Shown here piece after piece: positions 61,976 to 64,000 of a stretch of 64,000 bases of DNA. The DNA comes from Anolis carolinensis (Eukaryota): the NCBI RefSeq assembly GCF_035594765.1, contig NC_085844.1, positions 194,448,107 to 194,512,106 of the forward strand, in the 5' to 3' direction. The translations under genes and the position numbers were made by a program. Numbering within the stretch: position 1 is the stretch's first letter; every line of letters starts with the position of its first letter. The notes beneath the pieces were generated by a model that saw only the letters and a list, made by a program, of their open reading frames with translations, was not told where the DNA came from and did no database searches.

Positions 61976-62478
61976 ATTTATTTCATGTCAAAAGCATTGT
62001 ATAATAAATAGGTTTAAAACTGATAAAATATAAGGATGACAAGCTGCTAAATAGATTTAGACCAGAAACTGGCAACAGCGACTGCATTGTCTGTAGCTTT
62101 CAACAGTTCTTCCTCTTTGCATGAGGCAGGGCATTGTGGGCAAGCATACAGATGCTGAGTTGTTTGTTCTGCTCCACAGTCTCACAAGGTGGAAGATTCT
62201 TCTAGGTAGTGCCATTTTGCCAGGTTGTCCTTTCATCTGCCAACTCTGAGTGTGTTCAGGGACTTCCAAGTTGACCATTCTAGGTTTGCCCCGGAGGAAA
62301 ACCCCCGTGGGGGGCCATCCAGTTGGAATTGCCTGATCTTGCTGCCTACAGGGATATTCTTGCTGTTGCTGGAGGAACGTTTAGAGGAGTGGTGGTTCTC
62401 ATAAAACTTTTCCTTGATTTAATTCTAATGGGAGAAGGCTGATAGCTGGGCAGAGACTGGTTTAAATAAATAAATAAA
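61976..62478 (-). mobile_element. Second Vingi-like 3' fragment, joined head-to-head to a short (TAAA)n-tailed piece
   Basis: Reverse complement is similar to 8950-9350; 13-bp TSD gtagtgaatggtt at 61963-61975 and 62479-62491. Confidence 0.8.
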
Positions 62479-62820
62479 GTAGTGAATGGTTGAATCCATG
62501 GATACAGAATCTGGATGCAGAGAGTAGGCTGTATCTCTAAAATAAAATCAGAAGAACCAGAAACAAATTCTGGGACTCTGCTTTTTAAAATCAGTTCAAA
62601 AGACTGAAACTTTAAAGGGCATCATTTAAATTGTAATGCTTGTTTATTATAACAAAAACAAAGGACTACCTGAAAGCATTATTGTGCAGTTATGAAAGAA
62701 TAGTTGACTTTCAAGATCCAATTGAAAACTATCCATAATTGCTTCTCAAAAACCAAATCGATAAAATTCAAGTTCAATTCTCAATTGGGTCATGGGAGAG
62801 GGGCCTTTGCTTTTATTTTA

Positions 62821-63516
62821 CAGTAGAGTCTCAGTTAACCGAGCCCCAGTTAACTGAGCCTCTGTATTATCCGAGGCGCCGCCAGGGCGCCCCTTCCTCT
62901 CCCTCTCCTTCTCTCGAGCAAAAGGAGCTTGAGAAGAGAGGGAGAGCGAGAGGCCTGGCCGAGGTAGATCCGGGTGTTTCTCGGAGGGAAAGGCCCTTGC
63001 TCCAGCAAGGGCCTGTCCCTATGAGACACGAGGAGCGTGCTGCGGGTTTTCCTTGGCCAGGCCCTTGCTAGAGGAAACTTTTTCCTCCAGCAAGGGTGTG
63101 GCCAAGTGAGATCCGGGGAGATGTCCCTCAATGACCACTCGCATCTTGGAAGTGCCTGTGAGTGCTGCTAGGGAGCAGCACTCACAGGCGCTTCCCTGGG
63201 GCAAGTGGTCGCCGAGGGACAGAGGCCCGTCCCTCAGCGACCACTCGCCACTTGGAAAGCACCCGTGAATGTTGCTAGGCAGCAGCACTCACAAGTGCTT
63301 CCCTGGGCTGAGTGGTCGCCGAGGGACGGAGCCCTGTCCCTCAGCAACCACTCGCCGCTTGGGAAGCGCCCATGAGTGTTGTTAGGCAGCAGCACTCACA
63401 GGCGCTTCCCTAAACCGGATTGCTGGGAGGGATAATAGGGCCTCCTAGCAATCCGAGGAGTTTGGTTATCCGAGATTAAGCCTGCCCCATTATCTTAGAT
63501 AACTGAGACTCTACTG
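62821..63516. mobile_element. Related TIR element carrying a tandem array of palindromic 106-107-bp units
   Basis: TA^CAGTAGAGTCTCAGTTA ... TAACTGAGACTCTACTG^TA. Confidence 0.88.
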
Positions 63517-63518
63517 TA

Positions 63519-63915
63519 CTTACTTATGCGATCCCTTATTGTCCGAGTATGGTGGCCTTCCAAGTTCTTGCAAGATGCCTGTTCGTGAGATTTTTTAATG
63601 TGTGGAGGTCGGTGCATAGCCGATCAGCACACAGTCTTCACAGAGTGAGGGTCCCAACTAGTGGCGTGGTTAACACTACAACGGTATCTTCTCAATCTGT
63701 TACAGCTTTCTTCCACCTTCACAGCTGTTGTAACATGTACCATGTTATCTCCCACCTGATCCAGTGTTGAGGTCTTTGGATTGTGCTCAGTCTGGAACCT
63801 TCCCTGTGCCCCCCCCCCTCCCCGGGGAGTGCATGACTCCAGTGGTTACACCTGCAGGTTCATTGGAAAATGCAAACCCCCCCCTCACCTTGACAAGGTG
63901 ACAGTCCATCGAGAG
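63519..63915 (-). mobile_element. Short RTE-derived non-autonomous element (5' and 3' ends only)
   Basis: On -, 5' cttgtcaaggtgagggggggtttgc...ccaatga resembles RTE 5' ends; the 3' end shows a degenerate zinc-finger-like segment and a (TAAG)n tail. Confidence 0.5.
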
Positions 63916-64000
63916 CAGCTTTTATTTTACTGATAATCCAAGTTACAAAGCCATGAAACATTCCTTGAAAGTCCCTGGGAATGGCTGCCATTTGATTCAT

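Noticed and set aside
63123-63411. CRISPR-like array
   Set aside because: Vertebrate DNA, whole units repeat with no unique spacers, and no cas genes are present

Overview
Eukaryotic (vertebrate) genomic DNA, AT-rich, with a repeat set typical of squamate reptiles and most like an anole lizard: Sauria SINEs, Helitrons ending ...GGCACAGCTAG, and Penelope, Vingi, R4/Dong, L2, CR1 and RTE-BovB fragments. It holds two convergent intron-containing genes. On +, the 3' half of ANKS1A (Odin): 11 coding exons from 15627 to 30011 encoding the end of SAM1, SAM2, a linker, the PTB domain and the C-terminus; the upstream exons lie outside the window, so 1-15626 is intronic. On -, an apparently complete TCP11 gene: 9 coding exons from 57182 down to 35230, 1536 nt, 511 aa, with a CpG-rich probable promoter or 5'UTR exon near 60.25-60.5 kb. 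The TCP11 introns carry dense, nested mobile elements. Notable observations: minimal hammerhead ribozymes in Penelope pLTR insertions (one in the sense direction of a TCP11 intron); a tandem splice donor in ANKS1A where the position equivalent to the mammalian donor now includes a TAG stop; a splice-controlled PDZ-ligand C-terminus; Helitrons carrying captured promoter-like DNA and other TEs; and a tandem array of about 98-nt hairpins inside a TIR element. Gene and repeat family names come from my recall of these families, not from any database search. Almost all ORFs in the supplied track are spurious or TE-derived.
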